Shown here: piece by piece, positions 12,401-25,844 of the stretch
Layout of the letters: each line of letters starts with the position of its first letter
Numbering within the stretch: the stretch's first letter is position 1
Assembly (NCBI RefSeq): GCF_963921235.1
Contig: NC_086107.1
Location: 92,630,001-92,694,000 of the forward strand
Source of the DNA: Mobula hypostoma
Taxonomy: Eukaryota
Length of the DNA: 64,000 nt
Direction: 5' to 3'
The notes under the pieces: generated by a model
Told to the model about the DNA's origin: nothing
What the model saw: only the letters and a program-made list of their open reading frames with translations
Databases searched by the model: none
Translations under genes and position numbers: made by a program

Positions 12401-13280
12401 TGAGGTAGTGTTCATGGATCCAATGTCCATTTAGGAATCGGATGGCAGAGGGGAAGAAGCTGTTCCTGAATCACTGAGTGTGTGCCTTCAGGCTTCTGTA
12501 CCTCCTTCCTGATGGTAACAATGAGAAGAGGCCATGTCTGAGGCATTGCTCCTTGAAGATGCCTTGGATACTGCAAAGGCTGGTACCCAAGATGGAGCTG
12601 ACTAATTTTACAACTTTCTGCAGTTTCTTTTGATCCTGTGCAGTAGCCCCCGAACCCCATACCAGACAGATGCAGCCTGTCAGAATGCTCTCCACAGTAC
12701 ATCTATAGAAGTTTTTGAGTGTTTTAGGTGACAAACCAAATTTCTTCAAACTCCTAATGAAGCATAGCCACTGTCTTGCCTTCTTTATAGCCGTGTCAAT
12801 ATATTGGGACCAGGTTAGATCGTCAGAGATCTTGACACCCAGGAACTTGAAATTGCTCACTCTCTCCACTTCTGATCCCTCTATGAGGATTGGTTTGTGT
12901 TCCTTTGTCTTACCCTTCCTGAAGTCCACAATCAACTCTTTCATCTTACTGACGTTGAGTGCAAGGTTATTGCTGTGACACTGCTCAACTAGCTGGTATA
13001 TCTCACTCCTGTACGTCCTCTCATCTCCACCTGAGGTTCTGCCAACAATGGTTGAATCATCAGCAAGTTTATAGTGGTATTTGAGCTATACCTAGTCACG
13101 CATTTGGGGGTACCGAGAGAGTAGCGCGGTGGCTGAGGCTGGTACAATAACATTTAAAGGGCACTCTTACACATTCATGAATAGGAAATGTTGAGAGTCA
13201 AATGCATTAAAATACCAACTGAAAGGAGTATTTTGTCGACATGGACCTATTGGGCCCAAGGGCTTGTTCCATGTTGTCTA
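11250..13280 (+). mobile_element. Old CR1 split by a PLE fragment (11530-11980, -) and a Rex1/Babar-like LINE (12185-13125, -)
   Basis: CR1 segments 11250-11510, 11980-12180 and 13128-13280 are collinear; the inserts encode EEQHLIFCQGSLQPD and KELIVDFRK...NFYRCTVESILTGCI. Confidence 0.8.
12361..12397. repeat. (AT)n microsatellite
   Basis: About 18 perfect AT units in a LINE 3'UTR. Confidence 0.95.
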
Positions 13281-14215
13281 ACTCTCTGACTTTGAGTCCT
13301 CAGATTCAGATTCATTTTCAGCTTTATTTATCACATGTACATTGAAACATACAGCGAAATGTGTCATTTGCATTAACAACCAACACACACAAAGGTGTGC
13401 TGGGGTCAGCCTGTAAGTGTCACCAAGCAGTCCAGCGTCAACATAGCACGTCCACAATGTTTGCCAGAACAACACAGAACACAACAGCAACAAAACAACA
13501 GCGAAACAAGCCCCTTTCCTCCCTCCCACTAACTCACGCACCTAGTCCTCTAACGTCAGGATAAGCCCTCTTCTAAGACCAGACAAGTCGTCTTCTTCAG
13601 CATCCAACCTCCAGTTTACTCATGGATTCACAGATACTGAGTCTTGAATTCCCTAGTGGACTCACAGAGATTTGCAGAAATGGGGCTACGGCCATCGGGT
13701 TCAAGTTCCAGTCTTCCAATAGACAACTTGGCTTTGATTTGAACCTCTGATTGACCTTTGGTATTTGAATCGGATCTCTAATCAAGCCAGTCCTCTGATC
13801 AACGATGATGCTTCGATCATCGGTATTAAGCTAGGGCTCGCCGAAGATGTCAAATGAGGGCCCTGGATGAAGGCCCCAAACTCCAGGCCTCAAATGAAGG
13901 ACATACCGACTGTGGAACCCCAAACATCCTTGCCGACATCTGACCGTGCCCTTGCAGCTGGTCTTTAAAAGTGGAGCAGAGTTAGACTCAGGATACGGCC
14001 TGTCCCCCAATTCCCCCAAATCCCTGTCCCTAAATCCTATCATGACCCCAACTCTCTTCTCTGTGCTCGGAACCATCCTACAAGTCATGGTTGTGATAGC
14101 TCCTCTGCCAAACTTTCTTTTTCTCTGGACCACAAAGTTCTGTCTCTGCCTAGAGGTGGAGCTCAGTTGTCAATAGAAGGGACAGGAAGCTATCATTCCC
14201 TACCTCCATAATGTA

Positions 14216-14753
14216 CACTTAGTGGTCACTGTATTAGGTACAGGAGTGGAATCCGGTGCGGACTTCTGCTCCTGTAGGCTATCCATTTCAAGGTTCAACA
14301 CATTGTGCTTTCAGAAATGTTTTTCTGCTTACCGCTGTGGTAACAAATGGTTATTTGAGTTACTGTCACCTTCCTGTCAGCTTGAACCAGTCTGGCCATC
14401 CCCCTCTGACCTCTCTCATTAACGAGAATTTTTTGCCTGCAGAACTGCCACTCACTGAATTTTTTTTTTGTTTTTTGCACCTTTCTCTAAACTCTAGAGA
14501 CTGTTGTGCATGAAAATCTCAGGAGATCAGCAGCTTCTGAGATAATCAAACCAGCCCATCTGACACCAACAATCATTCCACGGTCAAAGTCACTTAGATC
14601 ACATTTCTTCCCCATTCTGATATTTAGTCTGAACAACAGCTGAACCTCTTGACCATGTCTGCATGCTTTTATGCATTACGTTGCAGCCGCATGACTTGGT
14701 GATTAGATATTTGCATCAATGAGCAGGCGTACCTAAAAAGTGACCACTGAGTG
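14216..14753 (-). mobile_element. Tc1-like internally deleted transposon with both TIRs
   Basis: TA + cacttagtggtcactgtattaggtac ... gtacctaaaaagtgaccactgagtg; ORF 14295-14480 is a transposase N-terminal remnant. Confidence 0.88.
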
Positions 14754-15309
14754 TGGATTAGCCTGTGAATTACACAAGTTTGGCAGTGTTTGGGCGAAGA
14801 TATTTTAAAATTCAGTCCATAAATGTCTGCTTTGTTTTCTGTAAAAGACCAGCCTGATGTAGACGTCTGAAATTTTCCTGAGGCAAGCGAAACTTGCCTC
14901 AGCTAAAAATCATTTAACTAATGGTGTATGTTATTAGGTTTTCCAGAAAAATAAACATGTTGCAAGGTGTAGGACTTGTAGACCCAACAGGCTGTTCCTT
15001 TGGTAGATCTCGAAGACCTTCATGTGGATAGAATTCAGACTGAGAGGTGAACAATAACCTCTGATTGTCCATTGCACAAGGGAGATCAGTAGTTCTACAG
15101 ATACTGCTGTGGTGACGCCGTACCTGTGTGCAGTTTTGGCCGCCTTATTTAAGGAGAGGCATGCTTGCTTTGCAGCTAGTTCAGAGGAGTTCAGGGGCGG
15201 CCCTACAAGGAAAGTTAGTACTTGTATTCAATGGCATTTAGAAGAATGTGGGGTAATCTTATTGAGCCATAATATACTCTTGAGGGATTGTGACTATAGA
15301 TCCTAACAT

Positions 15310-16050
15310 AATGGTGAAACTTGAAGGTAGAATGCAGGGTTAATAGCAGAGGTGTAGAGGAACAGAGTGATCTTGGTGTACATATCCAGAGATCCCTCAA
15401 AGTTGCCCGACAGGTTGTTAGGGTGCTTAAGAAGGTGTATAGTATGTTGGTCTTCATTAGTCATGGGATTGAGTTCAAGAGCCGCGAGATAACCCTGCAG
15501 CTCTATAAAACTTTGGTCAGACCACAATTTGTTCAGTTCTGGTCACCTCATTATACTGTAGGAAGGATGTGGAAGCTTTAGAGAGGGTGCAGAGGAGATT
15601 TACCGGGATGCCCCTTGCATGTCTTATGTCTTATTGCAAGCTAGGGTGTTTCTCGTTGGAGCAAGGGAGATTGCGAGGTGACTTGACAGAGGTGTACAAA
15701 ATTATAAGAGGCATTGATCCAGTGGACAGCTGGAGACTTTTTTTTTCCATGGCAGAAATGACTACTGCAAAGAGCCGTAATTTTAAGGTGATTGGAGGAG
15801 AGTGTAGGGAAGATGTCAGAAGTAGGTTTTTTAACACAAAAAGTGGTGGGTGTGTGGAACAAGCTCCCACGGGAGGCGGTAAAGGCAAATATATTAGGGA
15901 TACTTATGAGTGTCTCAGGTAGGCACATAGATGATAGAAAATGGAGGGCTATGTGGGAAGTAAGGGCTAGATTGAATGTGGATGAGGCTAAAAGATAGCA
16001 GAACATTGTGGTGTGATAGGCCTGTACAGTGTTGTACTGTTCTATGTTCT
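15310..16050 (+). mobile_element. CR1 LINE 3' fragment
   Basis: DLGVHIQRSLKV...LYKTLVRPQ...ALERVQRRFT; ttctatg tail. Confidence 0.85.
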
Positions 16051-16179
16051 ATAAAGATAAGGCTTAGCTTTATTTGTCAGATGTTGATCGAAACATACAG
16101 TGAAATCTGTCAAAACATCAATGACCAACACCACAGGATGTGCTGGGGGCAGAATTAGGCCATTTGGCCCATCGAGTCA

Positions 16180-17850
16180 ATGAACTCATGTCCTCATACT
16201 TTAATTCTACACTATCCCTCTTGGTTCAGTCCCTTCCCACCTACATCTGTGATACATCTCGAGCTCTCGATCTCTTACCTACCTTTCAATTCCCTGGTCC
16301 TGACCGCCTCGTTTTCACCATGGATGTCCAGTCCTTATGAACTTCTACCCCCACAAAATGGCCTTAAATCTCTCTGCTTCTTTCTCAATAAAAGAACCAA
16401 CCAGTTCCCATCCACCACAACCCTCGTTCGTCTAGCAGGACTAGTCCACACCCTCATCAGTATTTCATTCGACTCCTCTCACTTTATCCAGACTCAAGGT
16501 GTAGCCTTGGGCACCGGTGTGGGCCCCAGCTGTGCCTGCCTCTCCACTTGCTACGTGGAACACTCCGCGTTCCAAGCCTTCCATGCTAATGCTCCCCAGC
16601 TCTTCCTTCGCTACATCAGACACCCATGTTCATCAACTTTGCCCCTAACTTCCACCCTGCCCTTAAATTCACTTGGTCCATTTCTGACACCTCCCTTCAT
16701 TTTTCAATCTCTCCGTCTCCATCTCTGGAGACCAACCGTTGGCCAACACCTTTTATAAACTTACTGATTTCCACAGTTCTCTTGACTCTACTCCTTTCCA
16801 CCCTGTCTCCCGTGAAAGTTCTAGTCCCTTTTCTCAGCTCATTTGTCTATTCACTTCAGTTCCCAGCATGTGGCTTTCCTTTCCAGGACACAAGAGATGT
16901 CCTCCTTCTTTAACGAATGGGGTTCCCTTTTCTCCACCATTGACGCTGCCCTCGCCCGGATCTCCTCCATTTCCTGAAAATCCATGCTCATCCCATCTTC
17001 TCACTGCCTTAACAGAGATAGAGTTCCTCTTGTCTTAACTGCCACTCCTTGAGTCTCCACATCCAATATGCCATTCTCCACAACTTCCGCCACCTCCAGA
17101 GGGATCCCACCACCAAACACCTTTTCCTCACCCCCACCCCCCCCCATCTCTGCTTTCCACAGGGCTTGCTCCCTCTGTGATTCCCTCATCCATTTGTCCC
17201 TCCCAACTAACCTTCCTGGCGAGACTTATCCCTGCAAGTGGCCAAAGTGCCCATTCACCTCCATTCAGGGCCCCAAACAGTCCTTCCAGGTGAGGCAACA
17301 CTTCACCTGCGAATCTACTGGGGCCGTCTATTGTGTCCGGTGCTCCCAATGCAGCCTCCTCTACACCGGTGAGGCCTGTCGTAAGTTGGGAGACTGCTTC
17401 TTTGAGCACTTCTGCTCCATCCACCATAAACAGATCTTCCCAGTGGCCAAATATTTTAATTCCAATTCCCATTCCCGTTTTGGCATATCAGTCCATGGCC
17501 TGCTCTTGTGCCTCCCTCAGGATGGAGGAGAAACAGCATATATTTTGTCAGGATAGCCTCCATCCTGATGGCATGAATATCGATTTCTCCTTTAACCTCT
17601 CCTTCTTCCATTCCTTTTGTGGTCCACTCTCCTCTCCAGCCTCTTACCCTTCCTACCCATCAAGCTTCACCTATCACCTTCTCGCTATCCTCCTTCACCT
17701 GTCCCCACCCCCATTTTTTTATTCTGGCATCTTCCCACTTTGCTTCCAGTCCTAAAGATGAGTATCGGCCCAAAACGTCGACTGTTTATTCTTTTCCATA
17801 GATGCTGCCTGACTTGCTGAGTTCCTCCAGCATTTTGTGTGTGTTGCTGT
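16180..17850 (+). mobile_element. Penelope-like retroelement, longest copy (decayed RT + GIY-YIG + 3' terminal repeat)
   Basis: FTMDVQSL, QTQGVALGT.GPS, FLRYI (RT); VYCVRCSQCSLLYTGE (GIY-YIG); pyrimidine-rich 3'UTR with a decayed hammerhead at about 17746-17785. Confidence 0.88.
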
Positions 17851-18398
17851 TATTTTCATCCACCATTTGTTTGTCCCCGATCACTACCTCTCCAGTGTCA
17901 TTTTCCAGTGGTCCGTTATCCATTCCCGCTCCTCTTTCACTCTTTGTACAGTATTTCTAAAAAACTTCTGTGGAAATGTGCAGCGTGTGTACCATATTGC
18001 GGGAGCATCAGTGCCTCTGTTGGCCATGTTTCTGGTAAAAACGTAGTCTGCCCACAACTTGTTGACCCCAACCCATTCGTCTTTGGAATATGGGAGGGAT
18101 GCGGAGAAACTGGAGGAAACTGACATGGTCACCTGGAGAACATGCAGCCTCCTTACAGACAGCAGTGGGAATCGAACTCTTTCTGCTCATGCTGTAAAGT
18201 GTCATGCTACAGCTGCCCCGGGCTTGAACCTGGATCTCCAGGAGGATGTGTGCTCCAAGCCCCGCACCGTGCTCTGTGCGTGCAATTCAGCTCTGAGCTC
18301 CATCTGTCCGATTGCGCACATACCTCTCCGCGAGTCTCCACCACCGCCTCTGTCATCCTCACACTTCTATGCTAATGCACTCAACTGTGTGCACGTGT

Positions 18399-18432
<34 letters not shown>
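18399..18432. repeat. (CA)n microsatellite
   Basis: About 16 CA units directly abutting a CR1 5' truncation. Confidence 0.95.
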
Positions 18433-18434
<2 letters not shown>

Positions 18435-18873
18435 GTTGAAAGATTGGAGCGACTGGGCTTGTATACACTGGAATTTAGAAGGATGAGAGGGGATCTGATT
18501 GAAACATATAAGATTATTAAGGGATTGGACACGCTAGAGGCAGGAAACATGTTCCCGATGTTGGGGGAGTCCAGAACCAGAGGCCACAATTTGAGAATAA
18601 GGGGTAGGCCATTTAGAACGGAGTTGAGGAAAAACTTTTTCACCCAGAGAGTTGTGGACCTGTGGAATGCTCTGCCTCAGAAGGCAGTGGAGGCCAATTC
18701 TCTGGATGCTTTCAGGAAAGAGTTAGATAGAGCTCTTAATGATAGCAGAGTCAAGGGATATGGGGAGAAGGCAGGAACGGGGTACTGATTGTGGATGATC
18801 AGCCATGATTACAGTGAATGGCGGTGCTGGCTCGAAGGGCCGAATGGCCTACTCCTGCACCTATTATCTATTG
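18433..18873 (+). mobile_element. CR1 LINE 3' end, young
   Basis: Open frame ERLERLGLYTLEFRRMRGDLIETYKIIKG...NFFTQRVVDLWNALP to the native stop; complete 3'UTR. Confidence 0.92.
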
Positions 18874-19769
18874 TCACATGCACAATATACAGTCCATCCT
18901 ACCTTATTACAGTCAGACTCTCCAGCGTTCACTGTCACGCAACATTCATAGAACATAGAACATTACAGCACAATACAGTCCCCTCAGCCCATGATATTGT
19001 ACCGCCATTATAACCTACTCTAAGATCAATCAATTCCTTCCCTCCTACGTAACCTCCATTTCTCTATCATCCGCGTGCCTATCTAAGAGTCACTTAACGC
19101 CCCTAAAGTATCTGCCTCCACCATCGCCCCTGGCAGGGTGTTCCACGCACCCACCACTCTCCGAGCAAAGTAATCTGTCTCTGACATCCACCCCCCATAC
19201 CTTCCTCCGTCCATTGTAAAGTTATGCACTTTTGTATGAGCTGTTACTGCCCTGGGAAATTCTCTGACTGCCCACTTGATCTATGCCTCTTGGCGTTTTG
19301 TACTCTTCTGTCAAATCGTGTGTGAAAGCAGCTGAGTGCGTGGCTGGGAAGCTCGGCGAGATCCTGAGCGGTAAAGATGCAGAGGAGCCAATGGCTCTGT
19401 CTCCACTGTAAGTCATCAGTGATTCAACGCAGGGTGTAAACAGGCAATGTCTGCAGAGTGCACCCTCGGTGTAATTACAGCGCCAGACAGCTTCCCCTCA
19501 ATGGGAGCTGTTTAACATGCAGGCTGATGTGCACAGATATAGTGGCAGTCTGCCACCACTCGATGCGGAGCTGGCTGCAGAGCTAGACCCAGGATAAGGT
19601 CTCTCACAGCTTCGCAGATGCCTCACCTCAAATCAACAGCCCTCACCTACGATTCCCCTCACCCGTTCTTCTCTTTGCCACATCAAACACTCGTCTGGAA
19701 ACTCATAAACGCAAGAGATTTTGCAGATGCTGGAAATCCAGAGCAACACAGACACACAATGCTGGAGGA

Positions 19770-20539
19770 CACTTCAGGGCCCCAGACAGTCCTTCCAGGT
19801 GAGGTGACACTTCACCTGTGAGTCGGCTGGGGTGATATACTGCGTCCGGTGCTCCCGATGTGGCCTTCTATATATTGGCGAGACCCGACGCAGACTGGGA
19901 GACCGCTTTGCTGAACACCTATGCTCTGTCCGCCAGAGAAAGCAGGATCTCCCAGTGGCCACACATTTTAATTCCACATCCCATTCCCATTCTGACATGT
20001 CTATCCACGGCCTCCTCTACTGTAAAGATGAAGCCACACTCAGGTTGGAGGAACAACACCTTATATTCTGTCTGGGTAGCCTCCAACCTGACATTGACTT
20101 CTCTAACTTCCGCCAATGCCCTACCTCCCCCTCGTACTCCATCCGTTATTTATTTTTATACACACATTCTTTCTCTCACTCTCCTGTTTCTCCCTCTGTC
20201 CCTCTGACTATACCCCTTGCCCATCCTCTGGGTCCCCCCCTTGTCTTTCTTCCCGGACCTCCTGTCCCATGATCCTCTCATATCCCCTTTGCCAATCACC
20301 TGTCCAGCTCTCGGCTCCATCCCTCCCCCTCCTGTCTTCTCCTATCATTTTGGATCTCCCCCTCCCCCTCCCACTTTCAAATCTCTTACTAACTCTTCCT
20401 TCAGTTAGTCCTGACGAAGGGTCTCGGCCTGAAACATCGACTGTACCTCTTCCTAGAGATGCTGCCTGACCTGCTGCGTTCACCAGCAACTTTGATGTGT
20501 GTTGCTTGAATTTCCAGCATCTGCAGAATTCCTGTTGTG
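19770..20539 (+). mobile_element. Penelope-like element 3' part (GIY-YIG + terminal repeat), young, with TSD
   Basis: IYCVRCSRCGLLYIGETRRRLGDRFAEH...EEQHLIFCLGSLQP; tgctggagga duplicated at 19760-19769 and 20540-20549. Confidence 0.92.
20406..20443 (+). ncRNA. Hammerhead motif in a young PLE copy; core intact, stem III G>A
   Basis: tagtc-CTGACGA-agggtctcggcct-GAAAC-ATC-gactg; the differences from consensus are CpG-type transitions. Confidence 0.7.
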
Positions 20540-21259
20540 TGCTGGAGGAACTCAGCAGGTCAGGCAGTGTCTATGGAGGGGAATAAACAGTCGATGTTTC
20601 AGGCCCGAAATGTAGACTGTCACAAGGCTCGTCTTCATGAGCGTTAACGTTTATAATGGAATGTCAGTGCTTACAGGCAGATCCAAGATGTTAGTCAAAA
20701 CCTTCAAACGGACCACAGCTGTAGGTCATCTGGATGTCCGCACATAGGAGGTCCCAGTTTGGTGAGTCCGGGGCCAAGGTCTGGAGGTCAGAGGCACAGA
20801 AGGTGGCCCATCCTGGGGTTGGAGTCCCAGGTCAGCAGGTCCAGAGGTCCAGAGGTGTCCCAACGTGGTGCAGGAGTGTGAGTAGGACGGGGTTTGTCTT
20901 GCTGTTGTTGCATTTGTCTTGTATGTTGGCTGTGTGTTGTCGACACGTGTTAGTCATTGACACAAACAACGGATTTCACTGTGTGTTTCAATGCACATGT
21001 GATAAATAAATCTAATCTGGAATCTTGAACCTTGCTGTGGGATCGCAGACATGCCAATACCTACAGGAAGTCCCAGGTGATTGCCTGGAGTGGATCAATA
21101 TTTAGCAGAGTGATATTAAGTCAGTATTCATAGAAGTAACTTGGAAACACAAGGGATTCTGCAGATACTGGAAATCTCTTCATCATCCATATAGCTTTTG
21201 TTCATGGCATTAAACAGTGTCTTTCAGGAGGAAAACTCAGTAATGAACATTTTTGTGCG

Positions 21260-22640
21260 GACCATAAGACAGAGGAACAGAATTAGGCCACTCGGCCCTA
21301 TTGAATCTGCTCCACCATTCAACCCTAGCTAATTTTTTCACCCACCCCCCATTCTCCCCATAACCTTCAACCCTTTTACCAGTCAAGAACTTACCCACCT
21401 CTGCCTTAAATATTCACCTGGCTAAAGAAATTCCTCCTTATCTCAGTTCTTAAAGGAGTTTCCTATATTCTGAGGCTGTGCCCTTGAATACCGGAATCTT
21501 CTACTGTTGGAATCATCTTCTCCACATCCACTCAATGCTGGCCTTTCAGTATCTTGTAGGTTTCAATGATGTCCTCCCCATCCGCATCTTTCTAAACTCC
21601 ACTGAGTACAGGATGACAGCCATCAAACCCTCCTCATATGTCAAGCCTTTCACTCGCGGAATTATTCCTGTGAACCTCTCCTGGACCTTTTCCAGGGCCA
21701 GCACATCAGTATTGTCCCTCGGAGGTCAGTGCTGGGCCCATTCGTGTCTTTCATCTATATCAACAATTTGGATAAGAATGTACAGGAGCTGTTAGTAAGC
21801 TTGAAGATGAGACTGGATGGTATAGTTTGTATGGTGGATAATGAAGAAGATGATCATTATACGCTATTCCAGCTATATGTTGAGTATAAAATTTGTGAGG
21901 TCATGATAGGCCCTTCCAGAGCACCTTAAATATTTCACCTTTCACCTAAAACCTGTGACATCCGGTTCAGCTCTCTCCTGGCCTCAGTGGAGAAGCCTGC
22001 TTGTATTCACTGCATTTTCACAATTTTATTAAATCTCCTCTCATTCTCCTATGCTCCAGGGAATGCAGCCCTAACCTGTTCAACCTTTCCCTATAACTCA
22101 GGTCCTCAAGTCGTGCAATGTCCTTGTAAGTTTTCTCTGCGCTCTTTCGACCTTATTGATATCTTTCTTCAGTGAGCAGCTCTGCACACAATAATCCCGG
22201 TTCACCCTGATCTTCTTCCTCGTCTCAGTGGCCTGCGCCTAGACCATGCTTCTCCATACCTCTCCCATCCATGCTCCTATCCAAACTTCGCTTAAACATT
22301 GGAACCGAACCAGCACCCACCACTTCCCCTGACAGCTCACACCATCCTTCGAGTGAAGAAGATCCCCCTCAGATTTCCCCTTAAATATTTCACCTTTCAT
22401 CCTTAACCTCTGATCTCTTGTTCTAATCTCACCCAACCTAAGGGGAAAGAGCCTGCCTGCGTTGACCCTACCTCCATCCCTTATTATTTTCGATATCTCT
22501 ATCAAATCGCTCCTCGTTCTCCTATGCTCCAGTGAATGATGTTCTAACCTATTCAATACCTTCCCTATAACTCACATCCTCAAGACCCGGCAACATCCTT
22601 TCAATTTTCTCTGTGCTCTATCAAGCTTATTGATACGATA
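21260..22640 (-). mobile_element. Cluster of decayed CR1 fragments
   Basis: For example ORF 22239-22556 (RLFPLRLGEIRTR); several 3' ends, mostly minus strand. Confidence 0.7.
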
Positions 22641-25600
22641 GAATGCTTGAAAGTCACTATGCTTAAACATGTATGAATGAATTGTTGGGGAATTATAGAG
22701 GGGGTTGGCGGACAATTTGATACCAGGCTCTTTCCTTTATTGTGCATTAAATAAATCCCTCCATGGTACTTCCTCCTCACTCAACCATAAAACACCCAGA
22801 CGTTAGGGATGTGATGGTGCTGGAGGAAAAGCACAGGAGATCCACCCAGATGTTGTCTGGAACTTGGCGTTCCAGTGACGAGGAGAGACTGGACATTAGA
22901 AGTCAGTGGAGGGAACCTGATGGAGGTGTGAGAATTACCAAGATCATGGATAGGAAGATAGGTGGAAAATTTCCCCTATTACAATATCTAAGACTAGAAG
23001 GTCTTAGTTAAGGTCAAAGTAAGAGGTTTTGGAGGGGACCTGAGGAAGAGGATTTCCACCCACAATGTGTATGGAATCTCCCACACGCTCCCTGAGAGGG
23101 TGGAGGAGCTGGAGGCATGTCAGAAGTATCTCGATGAGCTCCGAGATCACTAAGGTATAGAAGGCAACTGATGAAGTGCTGGTGAATGTGGACCAACACA
23201 GTCGCATAACGGTTAGTGTAGCGCTTTACTGCACCAGTGATCGGAAGGTCAGGGTTCAATTCCCTCCACTGTCTGGAAGAAGTTTGTATGCCCTCCCCAC
23301 TACTGCCCCGGTTTCCTCCCACGTTCCAAAGATGCACGGTTAGGTTTAGTAAGTTGCGGGCGTGCGATGTTGGCGCGGGAAGCGTGGCAACACTTGCAGG
23401 CTGCCCCAGCACACCTTCGGGCTGTGCTTCTGGCTGCCTCCCCCTTCCTTTCCAGTCCTGATGAAGCACCTCAGCCTGAAATATTGGCTCTTCTTGAGTT
23501 CCACCAGCATTTTGCGCGTGTTATTCTGGATTTCCAGTGAAGAAAAAGAATTTCTGGATGTATATTGTATATAGTTCTATGACATTAAATGTACCTATTG
23601 AAACCCATTGATCTACAGAATCTCTTGTGTTCAGGCCGTGTTGGTCATTGATGCAAATGACACATTTCACAGTATGCTTCGATGTACATGTGACAAATAA
23701 AGCCAATCTTTAAACCTTATCTTCAGTACATTGCGGTCAACTTCATGGTGTGCTGAGAGAACGCATTCATCAAATGTCAAATAGAGACTTCATTCTGAGG
23801 TAAAAGAGAATTATTGGCATGCTGGCATTACTGTTTACAATCCTAGCAGGTCAGTGGGACTAGGCAGGAAAACAGGGCAGCACAGATTAGATGGGCTGAA
23901 GGACCTGTTTCCCTTCTCTCTGACTCAGTTACAGAGCTGGAGCAGGTTGTGGATTTGAAAGTTTTGAGAAATCTTGCAGCTCAGCCAGGCTGGAGGCCGT
24001 TTATCGTCACTGCATGTAGGCCCTTGATAAATGGGAGCTGGTGCAAGCTGTAGTCCGGGCAGCGGAGTTATGGATTGGATCGTTAACTGCGGGGATAGAT
24101 GTCCGCCCAGCCAGTGCACGGACATTGCTCAGCCTTGAACTAATGAGTGGATGAGGGCCTCAACAGCAGCTGAGCTGGACCAGAGAAGGTTCCGGACGAG
24201 AAAGTGGGCCGTGTTGATACCTGTGGAGATCTGACCAGAAGACTCAATGTGGAAGAACACAGAACAAGTTACAGAGTTGCTGTGACACAAACCTCAGTGC
24301 CAGTGCAAAGAAATTCAGGATTCAAGATCCAGTGTTCAAGTCTATTTGAGACACACAGTGAAATGTGCCATTGCGTTAACAAACAACACGCAACTGAGGA
24401 GGGGCAGGTGGCAGTCCGCAAACGTCCCCACACATACTGGCTCCTTGATAGCGTGGCCACAATGCTCGGCAAAACGAAGCAGAACACAACAAGCACCAAA
24501 GCAACAACAGCAAAACAGGCTCAACCTCCCCCCACCCCCCCCCCCAGCCACATCCACGGTTCTTTAACCTCAAACAAGCCGCCTTCTTCGACATCCAGCC
24601 TCCAGTGGGCTCGGGCTCAGATTCCGGCCTGCAAACACCGAGCTTCAACTTCCACCGCTGACTCGCAGAGATTCGCAGACTCAGCTTGGGCCAAAGGGAC
24701 TCGACTTCAGAACTTCTGAATCGACTCTCAGGCTTCAATCCTCATCATCGATCACCACACTCCAGACTCACCAATGACGGGACCCCGAACACTAGGGGTC
24801 GAACTCTGGTCGCACTGATTCGCGAACCCAGGGGCTCATTGAAACTTGTTCCTTCTGCCTGCACTGAACTCTGACTCTGGAACCCGCCAACAACTCAGTG
24901 ACCTGCGTGGGGGGCTGGGGGTCCACATCTACTTTCTGCCATCCTGACATCCAGCCGTGGATGCCCCACGTCTGCCTCACTGGCCTTTGAAAACAAAGGC
25001 CTCGACTTTGGCCTAACCTCTAATTCCCCCACATCATTGTCTCTAAACTCCAACCCTCACATCTGCTCTAAAGGAACGTCCTTCTGCTCTGAGGCTGTGT
25101 TCTCGGGATCCTGGACCCTTCCACTATTGGAGGCTTCCTCTCCATGTCCACTCTATCCAGGCCTTTCAATGTTTGACAGCGTTCAATGAGATTCCCCGCC
25201 CCCCGGTTTCTTCTAAACTCCAGTGAGTGCAGGCCCAGAGCCATCAAACACTCCTCAGATATTAAAACTTTGATTCCTGGAACTATTCCTCTCTAGGCCC
25301 TCTGCTAAATGCTATGACATTGGCTGAGAATTTTGGAAGCAGAGGTTTGCCGTTGTTCTGCATTTAATTCGAGCTACTGTTGAGCTGACTGACTGTCTTG
25401 GTAATATTTTTTATTTGTTTGAAATTCAATGAATTATCTAGCAGCCAAACCACTGAAAGGAATAAACTAGTGTCTTAATTACTGTATTTGACTTTATTAC
25501 ACAGCCTAAAAATCTTGGGCAAATTATTTGCGTGTTTATAAGTAATTTACTGTGGAACATATCTGTTGTCACTGCCTGGAATGAAGGCTTTCCTACTGCC

Positions 25601-25844
25601 TGTGATATTTTACATCATTGTGGCTGTGTCAGAGAACCAACGCGATAAAAATGCACAGGCTTCCTCAAGGGATAGACAGGGTGTCGTCGTGAATAGTAAG
25701 TTACTAAAGTACTTTGCTTGATGAAGTATTTACAGAGAAGCTCGAAAGATGAGAGAATGCCCAGAGTCTGGGAGACCGTCCAAAGGAGATTAATTATAAA
25801 TGGTGCTATGGATATTGGTTATGTGGGAAGACTAGTGATGTGGA

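Noticed and set aside
12471..12944. ALKBH8-N/DUF1891-like gene
   Set aside because: This motif is the C-terminal part of a LINE ORF2, present in many decayed copies here.
19832..20272. Stand-alone GIY-YIG nuclease gene
   Set aside because: It is the truncated 3' end of a Penelope-like element, with a TSD and a C-terminal deletion.
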